From the NCBI GenBank assembly GCA_027351145.1, contig DAIEIZ010000076.1:1-47816 (forward strand): a stretch of DNA of 47,816 nt. Direction: 5' to 3'. Under the pieces are notes generated by a model. The model was not told the origin of the DNA, ran no database searches, and was given only the letters and a program-made list of their open reading frames with translations. Shown one piece after another: positions 38,681-47,816 of the stretch. How positions within the stretch are numbered: position 1 is the stretch's first letter; each line of letters begins with the position of its first letter. The stretch comes from Candidatus Moraniibacteriota bacterium. GTDB taxonomy: Bacteria > Patescibacteriota > Minisyncoccia > Moranbacterales > UBA2206. Position numbers and translations under genes: made by a program.

Positions 38681-39268
38681 ATTGATCGTTAAAAACTTGC
38701 AAATTGGAATGGTGAAACAGTTTTCAATCGCAATTTCCCCCTATCTGCGATTGAAAATTGTTTTACTGTTCAAGTGTTTGGGCCAACGCGCCCGAGCCGC
38801 TCTGATTTCTGACATCAGAGACCCTAAAATAAAAACAAAAATTGGTATGTCCACTTAGAATAATAATTAAAAAAATTATTATTCCAAGCGGACATATCAA
38901 GAAATTTTTTGTAAAAATAAAAAAACAAAAAATAAAAATAGCTAGCAAAGCCTAGCACTGTACCTTCCCACTCAAAGGTGAAAAATCACCAGAGAATGGT
39001 AAAACAAAATTCTTGAAAGTCAGACCAAGGATAAACTTGCGTCATACACATAAAATACAGGCGTGTTATAACCACCATGTCACTCACCCGACTAAATGGT
39101 TTCCGCACCACCTGTTAGTATATGACAAACACTGGGGCGTTCTCGTCAAATTATTTATTAATACGGGCGTTTGAACGCCCTGGTTTCCATACCACTTGAG
39201 AAATCAGGAAAGATATATCACAATCAAAAACATAAAGAAGCACCAAAGAAAGGGTGTTTTTTGTTTTC
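38681..39268 (+). ncRNA. Candidate structured non-coding RNA of unknown class
   Basis: Promoter, multiple hairpins with G-U pairs on + strand, terminator-like end, no convincing CDS. Confidence 0.35.
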
Positions 39269-39295
39269 CTAAAAATTGCTTGCTATAATAACCTA

Positions 39296-39682
39296 ATGAC
39301 AAACACATTTAAAAAATCTCTGGGAAATTTAGGTGAAACCATTTCTGCCAATTACCTTAAGAACAAAGGCTATGAAATAATAGCTATGAATTATACCAAT
39401 CCTAGCGGACGCCGATTGGGAGAAATTGATATTATTGCTAAAGACACAAAAAAAGATGAACTGGTTTTTGTCGAAGTAAAGTCCAGGGAAATGCACAAAT
39501 TCGGTAACACCAATCCGGAAGAAAATGTCAATTATCACAAATTGCAAAAACTGAATAAAATCGCTTACTTCTATCTAAAACTTAATAATCTATTGGTCCA
39601 TGATTATCGTTTTGATGTAATTGCAGTTTGGATCAACGAAAACGACAGGAAAGCGAAAATTAAACATATTAAGAGCATCTAA
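39296..39682 (+). CDS. yraN: YraN family nuclease
   Basis: LGNLGE..ANYL..KGY, GEIDIIA, LVFVEVKSR, RFDVIAV. Confidence 0.92.
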   Translation: MTNTFKKSLGNLGETISANYLKNKGYEIIAMNYTNPSGRRLGEIDIIAKDTKKDELVFVEVKSREMHKFGNTNPEENVNYHKLQKLNKIAYFYLKLNNLLVHDYRFDVIAVWINENDRKAKIKHIKSI

Positions 39683-39804
39683 GTATCAAAATTCAACTTC
39701 GAAGTCTTAGAGTTGAGGTTTGATTTGCTTCATAGACATAGACAAGGCCAAATATTTTTGCTAAAATAAACAAGTAAGAAAAATAACCAATTAACCCAAA
39801 CTAA

Positions 39805-40152
39805 ATGGAGAAGAATATACAAGATGAGCTCAAGACTCTTCTATTAAAAGAAAAGGTTGAATTAGAGGAAAATCTTACACGCATAGCAAGACCTATCGAC
39901 AAGGAAAGAGGTGATTACGAGACTTCTTTTGGCGAAATTGGAACCGATCGCGAAGACAATACGACTGAAGTTGAGCAATATACCGACAACTTGCCCATAG
40001 AAATAACTCTTGAAAAAAATCTGCAAGATGTCATTAGCGCATTGGAACGCATTGAAAAAGGCACCTATGGCTTTTGCGAGAATTGCCAAAAAGAAATCGA
40101 TATTGAAAGACTGCGTGCTAATCCTAGTGCGAAGACTTGCATTAAATGCTGA
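39805..40152 (+). CDS. TraR/DksA C4-type zinc finger protein
   Basis: ALERIEKGTYGFCENC...RLRANP.AKTCIKC. Confidence 0.9.
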   Translation: MEKNIQDELKTLLLKEKVELEENLTRIARPIDKERGDYETSFGEIGTDREDNTTEVEQYTDNLPIEITLEKNLQDVISALERIEKGTYGFCENCQKEIDIERLRANPSAKTCIKC

Positions 40153-40182
40153 TTTCTCTTTACAAATAATACGAACATACGA

Positions 40183-40605
40183 ATGAAATGCCAACGCACT
40201 TTTTTCTTAATTAGTTTATTTATATTTTTTGTTTTTATAGATCAATTGACTAAATATATCATCCGCTCCTTTGGCGGATTTTATATTTGCAACTCAGGCA
40301 TTGCCTTTGGCCTCAAAATCGCACCATTGTTTTTTTATTCTCTCTGGGCTATAATTATCGCTACTATAATAATAACATTTCTGACCAATAACTGCTCTCT
40401 TAAAAGCTACTCGTCAATTTTTATTCTCGCCGGAGCATTTTCCAACATATTCGACAGATTGCGATATGGTTGCGTGATTGATTTCATTAATCTCAAGTTT
40501 TGGCCGATTTTCAATTTAGCGGATATTTTCATCTGTTTGGGAGTTTCTCTTTTAATTGTGAGATTTAGCACCACTGATCATCTTCTTAGTAAGAAAGGGA
40601 GATAA
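40183..40605 (+). CDS. lspA: Lipoprotein signal peptidase II
   Basis: DQLTK, NSGIAFG, NIFDR, VIDFI, FNLADIFI. Confidence 0.9.
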   Translation: MKCQRTFFLISLFIFFVFIDQLTKYIIRSFGGFYICNSGIAFGLKIAPLFFYSLWAIIIATIIITFLTNNCSLKSYSSIFILAGAFSNIFDRLRYGCVIDFINLKFWPIFNLADIFICLGVSLLIVRFSTTDHLLSKKGR

Positions 40606-40709
40606 AATGACCCTTTTCATTAAAAAGAAGTCTGCCTGCAAATAGGCAGAGCGATCAAAAACCGAATGAAGTAAACTCATAGATTTAATATAAACATAAC
40701 TAAAAAACC

Positions 40710-42236
40710 ATGTCTTCAAAAGTTTTCTCTGCGGCTGTTATCGGGCTCAAAAGCGCCCTAGTTGAAGTAGAGGTCGACACGCTTTCCGCCGGCATGCATC
40801 ATTTCAACATTGTTGGACTTCCAGACACCGCCATCAAAGAATCACAGGACCGCGTCAGTTCAGCTATTAAAAATAGTGGGCTCATCGCTCCGCATCGTTG
40901 CGGTAGGATTACGGTCAATCTCGCCCCTGCCGATCTCCCAAAAGTTGGTCCGCTCTATGATCTGCCAATCGCTTTGGGATTTCTCCTTGCTACAAAACAA
41001 CTCGCATTTGATCATACTGACAAGCTATTTATCGGAGAACTCTCGCTAGACGGCAGAATCAGACCCGTGAAAGGCGTTTTACTTGTCACCCTTCTTGCCA
41101 AAGAGAAAGGCATAAAAACTCTTTTTGTCCCATTGGAAAATGCCAAGGAAGCTTCAATTATTTCCGGCATCGACATTATTGCCGTTTCGACACTCAAAGA
41201 ATTACTAGGTCATCTGGAAAATATAGCCATCATTAATTTTTTTCCTAAAACTGATCTAGAAAAACTTTTCGAAGAAGATACGCATCTCTATGACATGAAA
41301 AATATCCGCGGTCAAGAACACGCTAAAAGAGCGCTAGAGATTGCTTCAGCTGGAGCACATAATATCCTTCTCAGTGGTCCTCCTGGATCCGGAAAAACAC
41401 TGCTTGCCAAAACAATGGCCTCAATTCTGCCACGCCTTACAATCCCTGAAGCACTAGAAGTAACAAAAATATTTTCCGTGGCAGGATATCTTCCAAAAGA
41501 AAATAGCCTAATCACCAAAAGACAGTTTCGCTCACCCCACCACTCAGCTAGCGCAGCATCGCTTGTTGGCGGTGGCACATTTCCCAGACCTGGAGAGATT
41601 AGTCTCGCGCATCGTGGCATATTATTCCTAGATGAATTCTCAGAATTTTCACGTGCCGTCCTGGAAAATCTGCGCCAGCCACTAGAAAATGGTCTCATTA
41701 CAATTTCCCGCGCTCAAGGCACACTGGAGTTTCCTGCCCGCTTTACGCTTGTAGCGGCTATGAATCCTTGTCCTTGTGGCAATGCCACCGACCCTGAGAA
41801 AGCCTGCTCCTGCAGTCCGGCAAATATTATTCGCTACCAGTCTAAAATTTCCGGGCCAATTCTTGATCGCATCGATCTTCATATTGAAGTGCCTCGCTTG
41901 AAATTTGAAAAACTTTCCGAAAATAGCCAACAAGAAGCTTCTGACAGTATCCGCGCGCGCGTTGAAAAAGCGCGCGAAATCCAAAAGAAGCGCTTTTTAG
42001 ATTCAAAAATAGTTTCCAACTCTGAAATGGAAAGCGAGCAAATAAAAAAATATTGCCAACTAGACGCACCTAGCGCGGAACTCATGCGAAATGCCCTTTC
42101 ACGCTTCTATCTTAGCGCCCGCGCCTATTTCCGCATAATCAAAGTTGCTCGTACTATTGCTGACCTCGAAGAAGCGCAAAATATAAAGCCAAATCATATT
42201 GCTGAGGCGATTCAATATCGATTTAAAAGTGAATGA
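40710..42236 (+). CDS. comM: YifB/ComM Mg-chelatase-like AAA ATPase
   Basis: [47 protein letters not shown]. Confidence 0.93.
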   Translation: MSSKVFSAAVIGLKSALVEVEVDTLSAGMHHFNIVGLPDTAIKESQDRVSSAIKNSGLIAPHRCGRITVNLAPADLPKVGPLYDLPIALGFLLATKQLAFDHTDKLFIGELSLDGRIRPVKGVLLVTLLAKEKGIKTLFVPLENAKEASIISGIDIIAVSTLKELLGHLENIAIINFFPKTDLEKLFEEDTHLYDMKNIRGQEHAKRALEIASAGAHNILLSGPPGSGKTLLAKTMASILPRLTIPEALEVTKIFSVAGYLPKENSLITKRQFRSPHHSASAASLVGGGTFPRPGEISLAHRGILFLDEFSEFSRAVLENLRQPLENGLITISRAQGTLEFPARFTLVAAMNPCPCGNATDPEKACSCSPANIIRYQSKISGPILDRIDLHIEVPRLKFEKLSENSQQEASDSIRARVEKAREIQKKRFLDSKIVSNSEMESEQIKKYCQLDAPSAELMRNALSRFYLSARAYFRIIKVARTIADLEEAQNIKPNHIAEAIQYRFKSE

Positions 42237-42289
42237 GAGATAAAATTTAAAATTTTATCATTTAGCTTTGAGTTAAAATTTCAAATTCA

Positions 42290-43243
42290 ATGCCCCGAAA
42301 ACACATTAAAACTTCGCTGAAATTCCTATTTTTTGCGTTCATAACAGTTACTTCATGGAAGTTTTTTTTTCCTTCTCAAAAAAAAGAATTATTTTTTGAA
42401 AACCTTCCGAAAACAGTTACTCTTTCCGATAATGGACTTGAAACGAAGATAATTTCAAGTGCACAGACTGTGGGTAACTTTCTTGCTGAGCAAAAAATTT
42501 CCCTTTCTGAGCATGATGAAGTTCTGCCAGACGCTTCAAGTACCATCATGCCGGGAGAAAACATCAGAATTCGTCGAGCCGCAAAGATAAAAATTCTCGT
42601 AGACGGAAAAACTATTGAAAACTACACCCTGGTAAACAATGTAGCAATGGCCTTAAGCGAAAATAATGTTACGCTTGGACGCCTAGACAAAACCCTGCCT
42701 GACATTAATGGTCTTTTGGAAAATAACGCTCAAATAATTGTCACTCGTATCAACGTAGAAGAAAAAGTCATTCCTCAGGATATTGCCTATAAAACTATCA
42801 CTAAATTAGACAACAAACTTGGCTGGCGAGAGAAAAACACAGAAACTAAAGGAGAAACCGGCATTCTTGAGATAAAATATAAAATCACCTACAAAGATGG
42901 AAAAGAAATTTCACGCGTCGTCTTGGAAAAAAATACTACTAAAGATCCGGTGACTGAAGTAGTCACACAGGGTACTTATGTCAAAACTGGCAATGCCCAA
43001 AGAGGACAGGGAACATGGTATTCCTTCCAGGGAGGTCTCTTTGCCGCAAGCACCACCATACGAAGAGGAGGCTATGCTCGAGTGACCAATATGGCAAACG
43101 GTAAATCAGTCATAGTCCAGATCAATGACTACGGCCCCCAAGGCAAGGGCCGCGTGATTGACCTTGACAAAGTCGCCTTCCAAAAAATTGCCAATATTGG
43201 CGCTGGGGTAATTGGCGTGAAAGTGGAAGAAGTGCTAAACTAG
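42290..43243 (+). CDS. DUF348 + G5 + RlpA-like cell wall protein
   Basis: TM anchor, ubiquitin-like repeats, G5 segment, V.INDYGP..GRVIDL C-terminus; upstream of rsmA. Confidence 0.85.
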   Translation: MPRKHIKTSLKFLFFAFITVTSWKFFFPSQKKELFFENLPKTVTLSDNGLETKIISSAQTVGNFLAEQKISLSEHDEVLPDASSTIMPGENIRIRRAAKIKILVDGKTIENYTLVNNVAMALSENNVTLGRLDKTLPDINGLLENNAQIIVTRINVEEKVIPQDIAYKTITKLDNKLGWREKNTETKGETGILEIKYKITYKDGKEISRVVLEKNTTKDPVTEVVTQGTYVKTGNAQRGQGTWYSFQGGLFAASTTIRRGGYARVTNMANGKSVIVQINDYGPQGKGRVIDLDKVAFQKIANIGAGVIGVKVEEVLN

Positions 43244-43332
43244 ACTATTCGCCTCTCCAACCAACACCACGGAAAGCATGAATTGCGAATAGTATTTATT
43301 TAAATTCTCACATAACATAAACTCTATCTAAT

Positions 43333-44181
43333 ATGCGCGACCCTAAGCCAAAAAAATCCTTAGGCCAGAATTTCCTAAGAGATAAGGCTGTTTTAGAAAA
43401 AATTATCAAGTCTGCTAATTTAAGTGTGGATGATTTTGTGCTTGAAGTCGGACCAGGAGAAGGAATTTTGACGGAAAGACTGCTTAAGCACGCTAAAAAA
43501 GTGGTAGCGATTGAAATCGACAAAGATTTGGCATTAAAACTGGGTTCTCGCCTGCGCGGGAATGACAAAGCGGAGATTGTCAATGCTGATATTTTGGAAA
43601 TTAATTTGCCAAAACTGATTGAAAAAAATACAAAAATCCATCTCGCCACCAATCCACATCATCTTCAAGAAAGAGGCGATAATATGCATTCCTATAAAGT
43701 CATTGCCAACATACCCTATTACATTACCTCACCAATTATTAGATTATTTTTGGAAACTAAATATCCGCCAAAAGAAATGCTTCTGATGGTACAAAAGGAA
43801 GTGGCGAAGCGGATTTGTGCAAAAGCCGGCAAACTAAGTATTCTAGCACTTTCTGTGCAATATTATGCTAGTGCCGAACTGCTTTTCACGGTTCCAGCAA
43901 AGGCTTTCTTCCCTATTCCGGAAGTTGATAGCGCCATTATTCGCATAACAAGAAGCAAGCAGCAAGAAATAGGAAGTAAAGAGGAGGCAAAAAAGTTTTT
44001 TAGCATTGTCAAGGCTGGGTTTTCAGCCAAAAGAAAAACGCTTGTCAATAATCTTTCTAGTAGTCTGAAGCTAGATAAATATGACGTGGAAGAAAAGTTG
44101 AAACAAATTGAAATTTCACCAAACCAAAGGGCGCAAGAATTGAATTTAGAAAATTGGAAAAAATTGACAGAATTATTATAA
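43333..44181 (+). CDS. rsmA: 16S rRNA adenine dimethyltransferase
   Basis: KKSLGQNFL, EVGPGEG, ANIPYYITSP, QKEVA. Confidence 0.96.
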   Translation: MRDPKPKKSLGQNFLRDKAVLEKIIKSANLSVDDFVLEVGPGEGILTERLLKHAKKVVAIEIDKDLALKLGSRLRGNDKAEIVNADILEINLPKLIEKNTKIHLATNPHHLQERGDNMHSYKVIANIPYYITSPIIRLFLETKYPPKEMLLMVQKEVAKRICAKAGKLSILALSVQYYASAELLFTVPAKAFFPIPEVDSAIIRITRSKQQEIGSKEEAKKFFSIVKAGFSAKRKTLVNNLSSSLKLDKYDVEEKLKQIEISPNQRAQELNLENWKKLTELL

Positions 44182-44270
44182 TTTCAATCATAGAGGCACC
44201 TGCCTCGCCGATAAACAGACGCTTCGAGATGCTTTTACGTCTTTGCTAATTTTGTTGCAACAAAATTAAC

Positions 44271-45881
44271 CTAAAAAAAAATAATCCTCACAGCGAGAAG
44301 GCCATAGAAAGTAACCACAGCCAAAATCCACCAAAAAACTTGCCTTGGATGGATTTTTTTATTTATCATAATCAAAAAAGAAGCGCTGCCAAAAATGATT
44401 GCCCACCAAAATAGTCGGGACTCATTGATAAAAAAAACACTCAAAACATATGAGATAAAAATTCCTGAAGCCACGATCAAGCGCCCCTTTTCCTCACCAA
44501 AAATCACCGGAATTGTGCGCACACCATCTCTTTTATCCCCCTTAATATCCTTAAAATCTTTAATTGGCAAGGATAGCATATAGGCAATAAGCAATAAAAA
44601 TATTATGCGCCAAGAAAGTCCTGCAATACTTTGATCGGGAGAAAAAAGGATAAAGCCGGAAAAAAATACGGTGAGTAGTGTCAAAGCGCTAAGTAGAGAG
44701 GCGATTGGCGTAAATCTTTTCAGACGAAAAGGTTCGGCTGAATAAAACCAAGCCATGATTTGATAGACAATAAGTAAAATTCCAAATTTATATTGCACTA
44801 AAAGTCCGCCGATAATAGAAAGGAAAAACATAATCACTCCAAACTGCGCATATTGACTGAAAGTAAAAATACCTCTTTGCAAAGGACGCTCGGGATTCGA
44901 AAGCATATCCACATGATAATCAAAAATATCGTTAACAACAACTGAGGCCTCCCAAGCCAATAGGACACTAATTAAAAGAACCGCCACAGTAAGAAAAGAA
45001 AATAGATTTGGATTAAAATTCTCGGGATAGACTAGCAGACCCATTCCAAGACCTAAAAATAAGAGACCTCCATGGAAGATAACCTGTGGATAACGCAAAT
45101 TGCGCACAACCGCCCAAAACATTTTAGATTTTGACTTCCAGAAAAAATAACTCAAAATAGCCAAACTAATAGGAAAGTAGATTAGATTTAAATTGTGAGC
45201 CAGCGCATAAGCAGGATCAGAAAGCCCAATGCCGAAAAGCTGAGCTTTAGCAAAAAATTGAACAATCTCAAATGGATAGATAGAGAAAATCGATTTTTTT
45301 TCTAAAAAACGAGCGAGATAGTAAAAAAGAGAAGGAAAAGCCGCCATAAAAAACAACGCGGAATATGTCCCAATTGCGGTCAAAATAGTTCTGGAAAGCT
45401 TCTTAGTTTTTACTGCCATCAAAGAAGTCATCACTATAATCCCGGCTATAAATACTATTTTTGTACCAAAATAGAAAACCCCCGAGGGAAGATGTCCGAA
45501 TATCGTGACATATTGCCAAAATAGATCAATTGGCGCACTAATTAAATAGAAACTCCAAAAAACCTCGCTACCCGTCCTAATAAGATCGAAAATTGGTGGG
45601 AAAATAATCGCCAGCGATGCCAATAGCATAAGATATGCTAAATCAAAAGGTTTTTTTCTAAGCATTATGCTCATGGCAAGCCAAATAAGGGAAAAAGTAA
45701 GAAAAAAGAAAAGCAGATTATGAATATCCATAATCAAATCAAACAAGGGCGAACTTGACTTTGCAATAAATTTGTCCACGTAGAGACGCAAGCTAATAAT
45801 CCCGCAAAAATTCAAACACCAAAAAGCTGGCTCAATTTTTTTGCATAAAATATTATCAATAAATTTTGCAATTTTTTCCAT
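44271..45881 (-). CDS. UbiA prenyltransferase family protein with long N-terminal membrane region
   Basis: NDIFDYHVD..NPERPL and KDFKDIKGD Asp-rich motifs; start taken at MEKIAK. Confidence 0.85.
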   Translation of the reverse strand: MEKIAKFIDNILCKKIEPAFWCLNFCGIISLRLYVDKFIAKSSSPLFDLIMDIHNLLFFFLTFSLIWLAMSIMLRKKPFDLAYLMLLASLAIIFPPIFDLIRTGSEVFWSFYLISAPIDLFWQYVTIFGHLPSGVFYFGTKIVFIAGIIVMTSLMAVKTKKLSRTILTAIGTYSALFFMAAFPSLFYYLARFLEKKSIFSIYPFEIVQFFAKAQLFGIGLSDPAYALAHNLNLIYFPISLAILSYFFWKSKSKMFWAVVRNLRYPQVIFHGGLLFLGLGMGLLVYPENFNPNLFSFLTVAVLLISVLLAWEASVVVNDIFDYHVDMLSNPERPLQRGIFTFSQYAQFGVIMFFLSIIGGLLVQYKFGILLIVYQIMAWFYSAEPFRLKRFTPIASLLSALTLLTVFFSGFILFSPDQSIAGLSWRIIFLLLIAYMLSLPIKDFKDIKGDKRDGVRTIPVIFGEEKGRLIVASGIFISYVLSVFFINESRLFWWAIIFGSASFLIMINKKIHPRQVFWWILAVVTFYGLLAVRIIFF

Positions 45882-46098
45882 AATCCCAATCCTTTTTACC
45901 AATATCTCAATTATACCCAAAGAACACAAAAAAACAAAGCCTCCGTATAAGAAAAACATCTCATTTATAATTAAAATTAAGGAATTGGAAAAATAAAAAA
46001 ATCCGCTCTTTCGAAAGAATAACAATTAAAAATCTGCTTTCCAAAAAAGCGCGGAAGCTCTTCACAGATTGACAATGTTTGTGGTATAATTTTGCTAT

Positions 46099-47214
46099 AT
46101 GAAAATAAAAAATATTAACGCTTCTTTTCTTGTTCTCGCAATTCTGATTTTATCCAGTTTTGCTTTTTATGTTGGCGCAGAAAATAACTCCAATGGAACC
46201 AAAAGTATTTTTCTTGACAGTGACCAAGACGGTCTTTCTGATGAGGAAGAAAAAATTTACGGCACTGATCCGCACAACCCCGACACTGATGGTGATGGCT
46301 ATTCCGACGGAGCAGAAGTGCGCAGTGGATATGACCCGCTAAAAAAAGCTCCGGGAGATAAACTTCCGGGCTTCAACGCTTCAGTTAGAGCAAATGCTTC
46401 CGATACAACAGATTCCACTGGTGTTGCCAGTGCAGTTCTTGGCGATACCTCCAAAAAAAACCTCACGAAAGATATTGCCCAAAAAATAAGCGATCTCGCA
46501 CAAACATCAGCCACCAGCAACACACCCATTTCCCTGGATGATTTGCAAGCAACAATCACTCCAGCCCTGGACAATAGCACGATTTCTGAAGACGATCTTC
46601 CTCCATATGACCCGAAAGAAGTGAAGATTAAAAAACAAAATTATGCAAATCTTGGGACGGAAAAAGCCAAAGCTAAAAAAAAGGAGGATTGCATAGACTA
46701 TCTCACAGCGATTGCCTTTATCTTCACTAGCAACTCGCCAGAACCAGTCACAAAACTTCCCGATGCTACTAATATGTTTTCAAAAATTACAACGGCGATC
46801 ACAACGGCGATCACAACTCAAAGCAATTCCGGACTAAAAGATCTCATCGCTAGCCAACAGAAGGTTGTGGAACAACTAAGAGCAGTGGAGGTCCCTGAAG
46901 ATTTGGTCGACATTCATGTCAAAGCAATGCGCTTTGCGCTTTACTCGGAAAATCTTGGAACACTGCTCCAAACAAAGGCGGATGACCCGATGACTAGCAT
47001 TGCTAACCTTTCCAAATTGCAAGGTTTCCTTTCTGTTTTTAGCGACTTTTCCACGGAGGTAGAGAACAAACTTGCTGAATATGACTTAACCTATGATGAA
47101 GCTGTCCAAAATAAACTAAAAAGCTATGGAATTGATGCGCCAAAAGATTTGAGCGGACTAGAGTCACTGATCAACACAAACACAACAGCTACAGCTGACA
47201 CAACAACACCATAA
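46099..47214 (+). CDS. Exported protein with DxDxDG calcium-binding (TSP3-like) repeats
   Basis: Signal peptide; DSDQDGLSDEEE..YGTDP..PDTDGDGYSDG.E. Confidence 0.8.
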   Translation: MKIKNINASFLVLAILILSSFAFYVGAENNSNGTKSIFLDSDQDGLSDEEEKIYGTDPHNPDTDGDGYSDGAEVRSGYDPLKKAPGDKLPGFNASVRANASDTTDSTGVASAVLGDTSKKNLTKDIAQKISDLAQTSATSNTPISLDDLQATITPALDNSTISEDDLPPYDPKEVKIKKQNYANLGTEKAKAKKKEDCIDYLTAIAFIFTSNSPEPVTKLPDATNMFSKITTAITTAITTQSNSGLKDLIASQQKVVEQLRAVEVPEDLVDIHVKAMRFALYSENLGTLLQTKADDPMTSIANLSKLQGFLSVFSDFSTEVENKLAEYDLTYDEAVQNKLKSYGIDAPKDLSGLESLINTNTTATADTTTP

Positions 47215-47360
47215 TTAATAATATATTTTCACATAGAAATCCTGATTGAAAGCATAAACCTTAAAGCACCCCCCCTAGACCATATTAGCAAAAAGCCACC
47301 GAGAATTTACTTAAAATTAGCTTGTCCGCCGAAGCTTCGGCGCAAGAGGATTAAAAAATA

Positions 47361-47816
47361 ATGCCAGAAAGCTCCAAAAAACAAAAAAACTATTTTTTAA
47401 AAAAAATTACTTTTTTTTTACTGACCTCAATGCTAGCGTTCCTTTCTCTTTTTATGCCGAGAGAAGTCTTTGCTTGGGATGCTGTTCCTGCGGCAATTTT
47501 TAAGCAAGCCACAGAAGAAATCTCCTATACAATCAAAGGCATGACAATGGGAGCTTTAAAACAAGCTGCTATCAAAATGCTTTCGCAACAAATGGATCGC
47601 TTCATTTCCGGAGTTTCAGGAAATGGTGCAAAATTTATCACTAACTGGGAAGACTACTTAATCAACAACCCCACTAGAAATGCTCAACGCTATGCCAATG
47701 ATTACATCAGTCGCGCCCTTTCGGGCAGGGGCAGTGTTAGCTATAAAAAAGCCAGTAATTCCGTTCTTGGTGCAAGCACAGTTGCTGGAGAAGGATTTGG
47801 AAAAGAAGCAGTATTA
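47361..47816 (+). CDS. Hypothetical exported protein, 3'-truncated by the window edge
   Basis: Open frame MPESSKK...signal-like stretch...FITNWEDYL continuing to the window end. Confidence 0.7.
   Translation, partial: MPESSKKQKNYFLKKITFFLLTSMLAFLSLFMPREVFAWDAVPAAIFKQATEEISYTIKGMTMGALKQAAIKMLSQQMDRFISGVSGNGAKFITNWEDYLINNPTRNAQRYANDYISRALSGRGSVSYKKASNSVLGASTVAGEGFGKEAVL

Noticed and set aside
46789..46817. 12-bp tandem repeat ACAACGGCGATC (ITTA repeats)
   Set aside because: Short in-frame duplication with no sign of phase variation.
1..47816. Alternative genetic code (TGA read-through)
   Set aside because: Conserved genes are full length under code 11 and some end at TGA at the expected position (e.g. 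comM, DksA-like).

Overview
Core chromosomal segment of a low-GC bacterium. Gene style and content (few Shine-Dalgarno motifs, one Xer-type recombinase, short S1/LspA, 3D/G5/LysM-CHAP wall proteins, mostly CCA-less tRNAs plus a CCA-adding enzyme) suggest Patescibacteria/CPR; this is inference. It carries about 37 CDSs (pbp1A, rplS, RluA family, folD, rarA, fhs, dxs, cca, gyrA, rpsA, gmk, tilS, ftsH, xer, pcrA, rpsO, pnp, yraN, lspA, comM, rsmA and others), 12 tRNAs and two transposase remnants. Main findings: (1) 13 parS-type palindromes (TGTTCCACGTGGAACA) and two perfect DnaA boxes lie inside the open frame of an O-antigen-ligase-like membrane protein gene, translated in all three registers and confined to inter-helix loops, close to where gene orientation switches; (2) one module of that gene, bounded by 26-bp direct repeats, appears out of order; (3) an intact tRNA-Val(GAC) bounded by a perfect 17-bp inverted repeat sits inside what looks like a decayed copy of the same tRNA; (4) a strong promoter drives about 590 nt of hairpin-rich, apparently non-coding sequence. 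All calls are from reading the sequence; no searches were run.
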